32,000 nucleotides of DNA from Erysipelotrichaceae bacterium OH741_COT-311 (GTDB lineage Bacteria > Bacillota_I > Bacilli_A > Erysipelotrichales > Erysipelotrichaceae), in NCBI GenBank assembly GCA_003858585.1, contig RQZE01000007.1, forward strand, positions 138,084-170,083. Reading direction: 5' to 3'. A program made the position numbers and the translations under genes. The notes beneath the pieces were generated by a model that saw nothing but the letters and a program-made list of their open reading frames with translations, had not been told where the DNA came from and ran no database searches. Of this stretch, positions 1 to 8,438 are shown piece by piece; the first letter of the stretch is position 1; each line of letters starts with the position of its first letter.

Positions 1-765
1 ATCTTTATCTAATTTTTTCGTTAAGTACATTGAAGCTAAAATAACAAACGCCATAATCAAGGAAATCGCACTGCCAAAGTTCCAATCTCCTGTTGATACA
101 AAATAATGTTCAATCAAATTACCAATCAAGACATAATCTCCTCCACCCAATAGCTTTGGAATAAAGAAACTTGAGACTGCCGGTAAAAAGACTAAAGTAA
201 TCCCTGTAATCACCCCTGGAAGTGATAACGGTAAGGTTACTTTTAAAAACGTTTGAAAGCGATTGGCACCTAAATCAGCACTTGCCGAAAGTAAGCTTTG
301 ATCCATTTTCGCTAAGGATGTATATACCTGCAAAATCATAAATGGAATAAAGTTATATATCATACCAATATATACTTTTAATTCGTTACTAATTGGCATA
401 TTTAATAACAAACCACGCCATGCATATGTACGCACCAACATATTTGTCCACATTGGAAATGTAATTAATAAAATCATCATGTTACGCTTACTTACATTGA
501 GCTTTGAAATAAAATAAGCACAAGGATAACCCAATATAATACAAGCAACTGTTGTAAAAAACGCTAGACGTAAAGAGCGTACTAATACGTTTGGAAAAAT
601 CGAGTCTTCAAAGAAACGTGTAAAATTGGAAAATGTAAATTGTAGTGTTAATACCGAATTCCCCTTTGTAGTAAATGCATATAAGATAATCATAAGCATT
701 GGTACTACAATGAATATACTTATCCATCCGACGTATGGATATACCAGCCTTCTAAATCCCTTCAT
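1..765 (-). CDS. potB: Spermidine/putrescine ABC transporter permease (PotB-like); 3' end runs off the window start
   Basis: Own translation of the minus strand from the ATG at 763-765; it is absent from the ORF track because there is no stop in the window. It reads MKGFRRLVYPYVGWISIFIVVPMLMII..., with several hydrophobic segments and an ABC-permease EAA-type loop LSASADLGANRFQTFLKVTLPLSLPG. It starts 1 nt after the potA stop. Confidence 0.85.
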   Translation of the reverse strand, partial: MKGFRRLVYPYVGWISIFIVVPMLMIILYAFTTKGNSVLTLQFTFSNFTRFFEDSIFPNVLVRSLRLAFFTTVACIILGYPCAYFISKLNVSKRNMMILLITFPMWTNMLVRTYAWRGLLLNMPISNELKVYIGMIYNFIPFMILQVYTSLAKMDQSLLSASADLGANRFQTFLKVTLPLSLPGVITGITLVFLPAVSSFFIPKLLGGGDYVLIGNLIEHYFVSTGDWNFGSAISLIMAFVILASMYLTKKLDKD

Positions 766-766
766 C

Positions 767-2341
767 TTAAAAACCCATCTTACTCATAACATGAATGTCT
801 TCTTTCGAGAATTTTAAACCAACCTTCGCATTCACTTCGACATAATCTGTCGTATGTATTTTGAATTCACGTCCTTTTGTTGCAAAGGTAATCTTATAAT
901 CCCCTTCCACAATATTTTCTTCATCAAAATCATACTTTACATCCCAAATTTCAACACGTGAATCATCTTCTAATGACCACGCCGTTGCATTTGCCCAACG
1001 CTTTAAATCCGTATCTAACGCAATACTTTCTTTAATTTCATCTACAGTCTTATAAAAATCAAATGCTTGTACTGCTTCTTCATTATTTACATCTTCTGTA
1101 TATACAGGTTCTACAACTGTGATGGTAACTGTAATACTTGTACCATTTGCTGTTGTAAAGGTACATGGATATTGTCCTTTTGCATTTAAAACGTTGTAAC
1201 TCACTTTACTAATAGAAATATCTTCATTATCAAAATCCCAAGCCTGTGCATTAGCACGAGCAATGACTTCACTATTGTTTAAAGAATCTACATCCTCTAA
1301 ATCCAAGTAGAAATCACTGGCACTAATCTTTTCTTTGGCTGCATCATTTACAATATCTTTATTACCTAAGACATGCATCGTTACAGTCTTGGATGTCCCC
1401 GAAACTGTCTCCACTATAATTTCATAATGAACACCTTTAAATAAGACAGACTTAACTTCACCATTTAATAACCCATGATTACGAGCCACAATATCAATAT
1501 CTTCCGGACGAATTACAATATCGACTTCTTCGTTTTCTTTAAAACCAAAATCTACACAATCGTATTTTTTCTCATCAAATTCAACAACATAATCCTGAAT
1601 CATTTTTCCATCAATGATATTACTCTCTCCAATAAAACGGGCAACATACTCATTTTCCGGTTCATTGTAAATTTCTTCTGGAGATCCAATTTGTTGAATT
1701 TCACCATTTTTCATCACGACAATCTTATCTGACATTGTTAAAGCTTCTTCTTGATCATGTGTAACAAAGATAAAAGTAATTCCTACTTCTTTTTGAATCT
1801 TTTTAAGCTCTAACTGCATTTCTTTACGTAATTTTAAATCCAAAGCCCCTAAAGGTTCATCCAGCAGTAAGACACCAGGTTCATTCACCAACGCTCGAGC
1901 AATTGCTACACGCTGTTGTTGACCACCTGATAACTGTGTTACATCACGTTTGCCATAGCCTTCTAAACCTACAAGTGATAACATACGATTTACTTTTTGC
2001 TCAATAATATCTTTTGAAATCTTTTTAAGTTTTAATCCAAAGGCAATGTTGTCATATACATTTAAATGAGGAAACAATGCATACTTTTGAAACACCGTAT
2101 TAATATCACGCTTATATGCAGGAGTATTGGTAATATCTTCGCCATCAAAAATCACTTGTCCTTGATCTTGTTCTAAAAATCCACCTAAAATACGCAATAA
2201 TGTTGTTTTCCCACAACCGGAAGGTCCGAGTAATGTTACAAATTCATTTTCATAAATATCTAAATTAATGCCCTTTAAAACCACTTGTCCATCAAATTGT
2301 TTTACTATATTTTTAAATTGTATTAACTTTTTCATACGCAC
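767..2341 (-). CDS. potA: Spermidine/putrescine import ATP-binding protein PotA, long form (524 aa) with a ~165-aa insertion in the C-terminal regulatory domain
   Basis: Walker [10 protein letters not shown], signature [15 protein letters not shown], Walker [12 protein letters not shown] and H-loop VTHDQ. The C-terminal TOBE-like strands ([17 protein letters not shown] ... [15 protein letters not shown]) are split by an inserted repeat region. It is followed directly by potB. Confidence 0.9.
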   Translation of the reverse strand: MRMKKLIQFKNIVKQFDGQVVLKGINLDIYENEFVTLLGPSGCGKTTLLRILGGFLEQDQGQVIFDGEDITNTPAYKRDINTVFQKYALFPHLNVYDNIAFGLKLKKISKDIIEQKVNRMLSLVGLEGYGKRDVTQLSGGQQQRVAIARALVNEPGVLLLDEPLGALDLKLRKEMQLELKKIQKEVGITFIFVTHDQEEALTMSDKIVVMKNGEIQQIGSPEEIYNEPENEYVARFIGESNIIDGKMIQDYVVEFDEKKYDCVDFGFKENEEVDIVIRPEDIDIVARNHGLLNGEVKSVLFKGVHYEIIVETVSGTSKTVTMHVLGNKDIVNDAAKEKISASDFYLDLEDVDSLNNSEVIARANAQAWDFDNEDISISKVSYNVLNAKGQYPCTFTTANGTSITVTITVVEPVYTEDVNNEEAVQAFDFYKTVDEIKESIALDTDLKRWANATAWSLEDDSRVEIWDVKYDFDEENIVEGDYKITFATKGREFKIHTTDYVEVNAKVGLKFSKEDIHVMSKMGF

Positions 2342-2344
2342 TCC

Positions 2345-2884
2345 TTAAAATATTGGTGGTGTGCAAATCCACAATACCTTTGCACTTTGACTAGCAGGAT
2401 TTACCAATTGATGTTGGAAATCCCCTTTCATATAGAAAGTCTCACCTTTTTTTACCACACTAGTCTGTTTCTTTTCTAAATTCTCAATAACAATTTTCCC
2501 TTCTAACACATACCCAAATTCTTCCCCTTCATGTGGATTCACTACAAAGGAATTTCCATGAGACTTCAATTCAATTAAAATGGGTTCCATCTCATTTTTT
2601 TGAGCATTGGGAACAATCCAGTTAATAATACATTCTTCTCTTTGATCAATAAAATAATCTTCTTTCTTAAAAACTATCTTTTCTTGACGTTCTTCTTTAA
2701 AAAACTGTTCTAAATTTAATCCTAACGCTTCTACAATATCCTGTAAGGTTGTAATGGAAGGAGATGTTAAATCACGTTCGACCTGTGATAAAAATCCCTT
2801 TGTAAGTTCGGTCCGACTAGCTAATTCTTCCAGTGTTAGATTATTCTGGATACGTAATTGTTTAATTTTATTTCCGATTTCCAT
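2345..2884 (-). CDS. XRE-family HTH plus cupin-domain transcriptional regulator (PuuR-like), first gene of the pot operon
   Basis: N-terminal HTH_3-type sequence IKQLRIQNNLTLEELASRTELTKGFLSQVERD. The C-terminal cupin-like part contains GEEFGYVLEGKI...GETFYM. Its stop lies 3 nt before the potA start. Confidence 0.85.
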   Translation of the reverse strand: MEIGNKIKQLRIQNNLTLEELASRTELTKGFLSQVERDLTSPSITTLQDIVEALGLNLEQFFKEERQEKIVFKKEDYFIDQREECIINWIVPNAQKNEMEPILIELKSHGNSFVVNPHEGEEFGYVLEGKIVIENLEKKQTSVVKKGETFYMKGDFQHQLVNPASQSAKVLWICTPPIF

Positions 2885-3005
2885 AACACCCTCCTTGTTT
2901 AGTATTTGTAAACTTTATGTTACTTTTTGTTAAACCTATTTCATTATATAAAAAATTTTTCAAAATGCAAGTAGTATTAAACAAAAAGTTTAGCAAAACC
3001 AAACA

Positions 3006-3034
3006 AAAAGGCAACCCCTTAAGGATTGCCTTTG
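3006..3034 (-). terminator. Rho-independent terminator downstream of trxA
   Basis: On the minus-strand RNA, AAAGGCAA-(11 nt)-TTGCCTTT is followed by TTTGTTT. It sits immediately after the trxA stop at 3042. Confidence 0.65.
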
Positions 3035-3041
3035 TTATCGA

Positions 3042-3347
3042 TTAAAGTGCTGAACGAACAAATTTTTCAATTTCTGCTTTTGCTTGGAAGCCAGCAACAC
3101 GATTAACAACTTGTCCATCTTTAAATAATAATAAAGTAGGAATTGACATGATACCATATTTAGCTGCTAATTCATTTTCTTGATCGACATCCACTTTATA
3201 GAATTTAGCTTCTGTCATTTCCTTTGACAAACCTTCCAATACAGGTCCTAACATTTTACAAGGACCGCACCAAGTTGCAAAGAAATCTACTAATACTACG
3301 CCTTCTTTTGTTACTTCTTCAAATTGTGTTTTGTTAATAATTTCCAT
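3042..3347 (-). CDS. trxA: Thioredoxin
   Basis: 101 aa with the canonical WCGPC active site and a typical thioredoxin length and sequence (FWATWCGPCKMLGPVLE). Confidence 0.95.
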   Translation of the reverse strand: MEIINKTQFEEVTKEGVVLVDFFATWCGPCKMLGPVLEGLSKEMTEAKFYKVDVDQENELAAKYGIMSIPTLLLFKDGQVVNRVAGFQAKAEIEKFVRSAL

Positions 3348-3413
3348 TTTTATTCTCCTTTAATAACTGTTTTTATTATAAATGAATTTCTTTTCTTGTG
3401 CAAAATAAATGCC

Positions 3414-4139
3414 CTAAAGTAAGCTAGCTGCTTCCTTATCAACAATCACAATGACATCCGGATGGTTTTGCAATACCGATGCTGGATGTTCCGGTGTTAC
3501 CGGTCCCTTTAACATGTTGTAAATAGCCTGAGCTTTGTTTTTACCGGAAGCAATCAATAAGATCTTCTTTGCCTTTAATACACTTTGTATTCCCATTGTA
3601 ATCGCATGCGTTGGTACTTCTTCTTTTAAAGGTTCAAAGAAACGTGCATTGTCTTTACGTGTCGACTCCTTTAATGTCACAACATGTGTCAAAGAATCAA
3701 ACGGTGTGCCGGGCTCATTAAAACCAATGTGTCCATTTGAACCAATCCCTAATAATTGTAAATCAATTTGATAGTTTGCCATTAACGCTTCATATGCTTT
3801 GCTATTTTCTTCTAAATCACCTAACCCACTTGGTAAATGTACATGTTCCTCTTTTATATTTAAATGATCAAACAAATTATGATGCATAAACGTATAATAT
3901 GATTCTTGATGCTCTCTTGGTAAACCAACATATTCATCTAAATTAAATGTAATTACCTTTGAATAATCTGTTTGATTCTTTTTATGGTCATCAATCATCG
4001 CTTGATACAAACCAAGCGGACTTGAACCTGTAGCTAACCCTAAAACCGGAGATTCTTTTTCCTTTAAAACTCCTTTTACTACTTCAAATGCTTTTTGACT
4101 TAATTCTTGATAATCTTTTACAACGATAACATTAAACAT
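3414..4139 (-). CDS. nagB: Glucosamine-6-phosphate deaminase
   Basis: 241 aa with NagB-type motifs GLATGSSP, FNLDEYVGL and LLGIGSNGHIGFNEPG. Confidence 0.9.
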   Translation of the reverse strand: MFNVIVVKDYQELSQKAFEVVKGVLKEKESPVLGLATGSSPLGLYQAMIDDHKKNQTDYSKVITFNLDEYVGLPREHQESYYTFMHHNLFDHLNIKEEHVHLPSGLGDLEENSKAYEALMANYQIDLQLLGIGSNGHIGFNEPGTPFDSLTHVVTLKESTRKDNARFFEPLKEEVPTHAITMGIQSVLKAKKILLIASGKNKAQAIYNMLKGPVTPEHPASVLQNHPDVIVIVDKEAASLL

Positions 4140-4151
4140 CTTTTTCTCCTT

Positions 4152-4943
4152 CTATATCATTTCTATACTATAAGAAGTTAAATAACTTCTAGAAGCCCCT
4201 AAAGTTATCATACCCGGAAACTCTTGAAACTCTAAGTGATCTTCTCCTTTAAAACCATGCCATGGCTCTATGCAAATAAATGATGCATCTTCTTTACTCC
4301 AAAGAATCACATTTCGATAACCGTTAGAAGATACCTTAATACCATGTTTGCCATTTGTTAATTTATAATACGGACTATCTTGATGGAAGAAAATTACCGA
4401 TTGATTATTGGTATAGTCTTTATAAGTTAAAGGTCTCCTTTCAACATTATGTAAACCATGATATTCAATCCAATATTCTTCAAACCTCTCATTTGAATGA
4501 ATCGGACACATAAATGCCGGATGTAAACCGAATGTAAAATACATATCTACATCATTGGTATTTTCAACACGATAGGTAATCTCTAATTTTGTATCTATCA
4601 AACGATAGCTGACATATAAACGAAAGTGAAATGGATATTGTTTCAGTGTTTCTTCGCTATCCTTTAACATTAAAGTGATTTCATCTTCCTTATGTTCTAC
4701 TAACTCAAAGATACTATGACGAGCAAATCCATGATTTCCAATTGTATATTGCTTACCATCTAAACGATAGCTTCTGCTTGCGGTAGAACCAATCGTTGGA
4801 AATAAGATCGGATTACGACCTGACCAATACATCGCATCTCCTTGCCACATACGTTCTAAGTCATCTTTTTTTAAGCGAAAGCTTAAAATATTTGCCCCCA
4901 TTAAACCTACTTCTACTTTTGCGAATGGATTTTCTATGATCAT
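4152..4943 (-). CDS. Aldose 1-epimerase family protein (LacX/galactose-mutarotase-like)
   Basis: The motif pattern NPILFPTIG...GNHGFARHS...YPFHFRLYVSY...GLHPAF is typical of the aldose-1-epimerase superfamily. It lies 12 nt upstream of nagB and is probably co-transcribed. Confidence 0.8.
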   Translation of the reverse strand: MIIENPFAKVEVGLMGANILSFRLKKDDLERMWQGDAMYWSGRNPILFPTIGSTASRSYRLDGKQYTIGNHGFARHSIFELVEHKEDEITLMLKDSEETLKQYPFHFRLYVSYRLIDTKLEITYRVENTNDVDMYFTFGLHPAFMCPIHSNERFEEYWIEYHGLHNVERRPLTYKDYTNNQSVIFFHQDSPYYKLTNGKHGIKVSSNGYRNVILWSKEDASFICIEPWHGFKGEDHLEFQEFPGMITLGASRSYLTSYSIEMI

Positions 4944-5034
4944 ATATAGACCCCTTCCTTATTATAAAAAATTTTACAAAAAAGTTAAACTAAATTATGG
5001 AATGTTATATAATTACTTTTAGAAAAGGGGTATT

Positions 5035-6030
5035 ATGAAAAACAAAACATTAAAAACAATTTTAATCAGCTTATGTACATTAGTCGTACTTGTTACTGCT
5101 ATCTTTAGTTTTTTAATCTATCAAAGAAAACAAAAAGAAAAAGAACTTCATAGTCCGGAATATGCGATTAAAGAATACATAAACGAAATACAAAACAATG
5201 TATTTGAACAAATCTATCAAAATTCAATTTATTTATATAACAATCATTCAAGTCAACAAGAACTAAGTAACACTTTAGCCAATATTTATCAAAACACAAA
5301 CATAAAAACCATGAAAATTAAAGATCAACAACCTTATGAAAATGGATATCGTTACACCTTATATCAAAACAACGAAACAGTCAGCCAAGTGATGGTAAAA
5401 CCTTACGATGACCGTTATCTTGTAGCTACCCTTTTAAAAAACGAAGTAACTACCTACATTGAATCATTACCAAACTTAACCTTCACTGTTAACGACTACG
5501 GCATTGAGGATATAAATCCGAAAGAAATGATTTCATCTAACTTCAAAGAACTTAATGTTGATAATGCACCAGTGATATTACAATACACCATCGAAACATT
5601 ATCACAAACACCTACCCTTGCTTTGCCAAGCAGCTATACATTTCTAAAAGATCTTCATGAACAAAAAATTTATATCGGAAAGCTAGAACCCAATACCGGT
5701 CTACACGATTTATTTATCAATGCCATTGAAGTCTTTCACAGTGTAACCATTAACAAAAATTGGGAGAAACCACTTTATAGCATCAGCATTCCAGACTCCA
5801 TTTTTTTAAAACAAGTCAAAGAAGGCTACCCACACCTGCAAGGTTTAGAAAAAGGGCATCTTGAAAATATCCGTTTCAGTGATATTTTAAAACAAAGTGA
5901 GGATAGTATGATGGCACACGTCACTTTTGATTATGTAAGTAAAAATGATACTAAAACTTTTACTTATCAAATCGTTTTCTTAAAACATCAAGGAATTTAT
6001 AAAATTGCTCAACTAAAAATAGAACCATAG
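5035..6030 (+). CDS. Hypothetical membrane-anchored or secreted protein (331 aa)
   Basis: Shine-Dalgarno GAAAAGGGG lies upstream of the ATG. There is an N-terminal hydrophobic anchor ILISLCTLVVLVTAIFSFLIY. I recognise no family. Confidence 0.6.
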   Translation: MKNKTLKTILISLCTLVVLVTAIFSFLIYQRKQKEKELHSPEYAIKEYINEIQNNVFEQIYQNSIYLYNNHSSQQELSNTLANIYQNTNIKTMKIKDQQPYENGYRYTLYQNNETVSQVMVKPYDDRYLVATLLKNEVTTYIESLPNLTFTVNDYGIEDINPKEMISSNFKELNVDNAPVILQYTIETLSQTPTLALPSSYTFLKDLHEQKIYIGKLEPNTGLHDLFINAIEVFHSVTINKNWEKPLYSISIPDSIFLKQVKEGYPHLQGLEKGHLENIRFSDILKQSEDSMMAHVTFDYVSKNDTKTFTYQIVFLKHQGIYKIAQLKIEP

Positions 6031-6041
6031 GTTCTATTTTT
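6015..6041. terminator. Bidirectional terminator shared by the convergent genes 5035-6030 (+) and metK (-)
   Basis: Perfect 12-bp stem AAAAATAGAACC-ATA-GGTTCTATTTTT with T-runs in both directions. The two arms contain the last codons and stop codons of both genes. Confidence 0.65.
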
Positions 6042-7122
6042 TTAGTTCAATGATACGTTCCCAAGGCAATTCTTTTTTACCAAAGTGTCCATAGTTTGTT
6101 GTAGAAGCATAAATCGGTTTTAATAAATCAAGCTCTTGGATAATATTTGATACACTGAAATCAAAATTTTCATTGATAATACGAACAATTTCTTCATTTG
6201 AAATTTTACCTGTATTAAATGTTTCTACATTTATAGATAATGGATTCGCCATACCAATCGCATAAGATACTTGAATTGCCACTTTACCAGCAAGATTAGC
6301 AGCAACAATATTCTTTGCCACATAACGACAATAATATGCAGCACTACGATCTACTTTCGATGGATCTTTACTACTAAAACATCCCCCACCAATCGGACAA
6401 TAACCACCATAACTATCCACTACAATTTTTCGTCCTGTTGTTCCACTGTCTCCAAAAGAACCACCTAAAATAAATGATCCAGATGGATTGATGTAAAACT
6501 TGCTTTGTGCATCTAAATACACATCAGGAATTACTTCATTAATCACTTCTTTAATAATGATTTCTTTTAATTCCGTTTGTGAAATCTTAGCGTCATGTTG
6601 ACATGAAACAACCACGGTATCTACACGTTGTGCAACACCATCTTCATATTCAACTGTCACCTGTGTTTTTCCATCCGGTTTTAACATAGGATTTAAACGA
6701 CGTACTTCTTCTAAACGTTTTGCTAGTTTGTGAGCTAAATCAATGGCAAGTGGCATAAAGTCTTCTGTTTCATTACTTGCATAACCAAACATAATCCCTT
6801 GATCCCCGGCACTCATACCTTCGTGATTTACTGCATTGTAAATTTCATTGGATTGTTTATTTACTTTCACTAACACTTCATACTCTTCTTCATAACCAAT
6901 CTTTTTTAATACATCTTTTGCAATTTGTGCATAATCAATGTTTGCTTTTGTATTGGCTTCTCCATAGATTAAGATAAAGTCATCTTTAATTGTACACTCT
7001 ACTGCCATTTTGCTGTTTGGATCTTGCCTTAAAGCTTCATCCAAAATATGATCGCTTACCCAGTCACATATCTTATCCGGATGTCCACTGGTTACTGATT
7101 CGCTTGTAAAAAAATATTTCAT
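6034..7122 (-). CDS. metK: S-adenosylmethionine synthetase (short 362-aa form)
   Basis: Motifs FTSESVTSGHPDKICD, GDQGIMFGYA, GGGCFSSKDPSKVDRSAAY and NYGHFG. SD AAGAGGAG lies upstream and the gene is preceded by a SAM riboswitch. Confidence 0.95.
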   Translation of the reverse strand: MKYFFTSESVTSGHPDKICDWVSDHILDEALRQDPNSKMAVECTIKDDFILIYGEANTKANIDYAQIAKDVLKKIGYEEEYEVLVKVNKQSNEIYNAVNHEGMSAGDQGIMFGYASNETEDFMPLAIDLAHKLAKRLEEVRRLNPMLKPDGKTQVTVEYEDGVAQRVDTVVVSCQHDAKISQTELKEIIIKEVINEVIPDVYLDAQSKFYINPSGSFILGGSFGDSGTTGRKIVVDSYGGYCPIGGGCFSSKDPSKVDRSAAYYCRYVAKNIVAANLAGKVAIQVSYAIGMANPLSINVETFNTGKISNEEIVRIINENFDFSVSNIIQELDLLKPIYASTTNYGHFGKKELPWERIIELKK

Positions 7123-7144
7123 ACACTCCTCTTTTCTAGTCAGA

Positions 7145-7275
7145 TATCAAAAAGACACTCTAAGAAAGAGTGTCTTTATTTTTCATTCTTCCTTATCCAT
7201 GTTAGTTGTACCACCTTACGATTGCAGGTTGGTGTGATCTACGAGCTAACCCTCTAAACCACTCTTGATAAATGA
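7145..7275 (-). promoter_or_regulatory. S-box / SAM-I-like riboswitch with expression-platform terminator, in the metK leader
   Basis: The minus-strand RNA reads UUAUCAAGAGUGGUUUAGAGGGUUAGCUCGUAGAUCACACCAACCUGCAAUCGUAAGGUGGUACAACUAACAUGGAUAAGG. It shows P1 (UUAUC/GAUAA), the conserved AAGAG, GAGGG and CAACC elements and GGUG. It is followed by the terminator AAAGACACUC-UUUCUUA-GAGUGUCUUUUU at 7151-7177. The aptamer 5' segment AAGAGUG can pair alternatively with CACUCUU of the terminator, forming an antiterminator. The P4 region is not clearly canonical. Confidence 0.7.
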
Positions 7276-7322
7276 CATTCATATTTATAGCACAACTTGA
7301 AAAATAATTCAAGTATTATAAT

Positions 7323-7343
7323 AAAATGGGGGTTCCCCATTTT
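7323..7343 (-). terminator. Terminator downstream of mscL
   Basis: 9-bp stem AAAATGGGG-(3 nt)-CCCCATTTT directly after the mscL stop at 7345, with AT/U-rich flanks. Confidence 0.55.
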
Positions 7344-7344
7344 A

Positions 7345-7776
7345 TTATTTATCTTTTAATGTAGCTAAGATTTCCGTTAACAATTCTTCTGTTGTCGGTC
7401 CTTTTTCTTCAACAACTTCTTCCACTACTTCTTCTTTACGTTTCATCGCATTCATACCTTTAATTAACATAAATACAATAAATGCAATAATGATGAAGTT
7501 AATAATTGTAACAAGTAACGTACCGACACCAATCACTACTGCAGCCGATGTAACTTCTCCTGCTGCATCAACTACTGCCGGTTTTAATACGATATTGAAT
7601 TGTGATAAATCAATACCGCCAATTAAATACCCAATGATTGGCATAAATATATCATTAACTAAACTTGTTGTAATCTTCCCAAATGCAGTAGCAATAACTA
7701 CCCCAATTGCCATGTCGATTACATTACCTCTCATGGCAAATTCTTTAAATTCTTTTAAAAATCCGTTTTTCTTCAT
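7345..7776 (-). CDS. mscL: Large-conductance mechanosensitive channel MscL
   Basis: FLKEFKEFAMRGNVIDMAIGVVIATAFGKI...FMPIIG is classic MscL. The ORF-track start at 7788 is a GTG. The ATG at 7774-7776 is preceded by GGAGG with a 5-nt spacer, so it is preferred. Confidence 0.9.
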   Translation of the reverse strand: MKKNGFLKEFKEFAMRGNVIDMAIGVVIATAFGKITTSLVNDIFMPIIGYLIGGIDLSQFNIVLKPAVVDAAGEVTSAAVVIGVGTLLVTIINFIIIAFIVFMLIKGMNAMKRKEEVVEEVVEEKGPTTEELLTEILATLKDK

Positions 7777-7907
7777 AGTGACCTCCACATTTTTATTATA
7801 ACAACGAATAAAAAAGATTGCACTTGATATTATTTATGGAAAATAATGACTTCTTAGATTGTTTCACAAAGAAGATTATGACATAATGAATAAAAGGAGT
7901 ATATATT

Positions 7908-8405
7908 ATGAATAATAAAACCATAAAGAGAATTGAAAAACTACCTACTACTGTAGAAGAATTTCAATCTTTACCACAGTTTGATCGCAAAAGTCCATAT
8001 GATACTGCCATTTTAGTCATTGTAGCGTTATTAAATTACAAAGATAATCCGGAATTAGCCTTTGATATGATTAATGTCTTAAAAGGACCTAATCCACTAA
8101 GTCCTTATGAAAAACAATTCTTACACGATCGTTTAAGAGACAAAACACATGTTGTCAGCTCTTTTATCAAAGAAACTTCTCCAAATAATGATTATCAATA
8201 TCCATTACCATTTCACATTGAAGCCTTCGATAACCCTTATTCATTTGTCAATGAAGGATATGCTAAAATCTTCTTAACATCTTCTGGTGCCGATAGTCCA
8301 AGACCGATTGTTTTACGATTAGGGAAAGATCAAAATTGGTATTTATATGAAATTTTGTGTCTATCTAATGTTCGTCCACCGGAATCAACAAACTTTTGGG
8401 CATAA
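7908..8405 (+). CDS. Hypothetical protein (165 aa)
   Basis: Strong SD AAAAGGAG 8 nt upstream of the ATG, and the gene ends at a strong terminator. I recognise no family. Confidence 0.6.
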   Translation: MNNKTIKRIEKLPTTVEEFQSLPQFDRKSPYDTAILVIVALLNYKDNPELAFDMINVLKGPNPLSPYEKQFLHDRLRDKTHVVSSFIKETSPNNDYQYPLPFHIEAFDNPYSFVNEGYAKIFLTSSGADSPRPIVLRLGKDQNWYLYEILCLSNVRPPESTNFWA

Positions 8406-8407
8406 AC

Positions 8408-8438
8408 AAAATACTTCTTACCTTGTAAGAAGTATTTT
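8408..8438. terminator. Bidirectional terminator between 7908-8405 (+) and the yhf-like operon (-)
   Basis: 14-bp stem AAAATACTTCTTAC-CTT-GTAAGAAGTATTTT with a T-run after it on the plus strand and an A/T-run on the other side. Confidence 0.7.

Noticed and set aside
626-817. 63-aa plus-strand ORF across the potB/potA junction
   Set aside because: It is antisense to two well-supported genes, has low-complexity composition and no RBS. It is a shadow ORF typical of AT-rich DNA.
1475-1732. 85-aa plus-strand ORF inside potA
   Set aside because: It is antisense to the conserved ABC ATPase. The Ile/Phe/Asn-rich translation is an antisense artefact.
3535-3771. 78-aa plus-strand ORF inside nagB
   Set aside because: It is antisense to a clearly conserved gene and has no start context.
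6271-6468. 65-aa plus-strand ORF inside metK
   Set aside because: It is an antisense shadow ORF with a Thr/Ser/Ile-rich nonsense-like sequence.
7490-7801. 103-aa plus-strand ORF opposite mscL
   Set aside because: It overlaps almost the entire mscL gene in antisense, and mscL is unambiguous.
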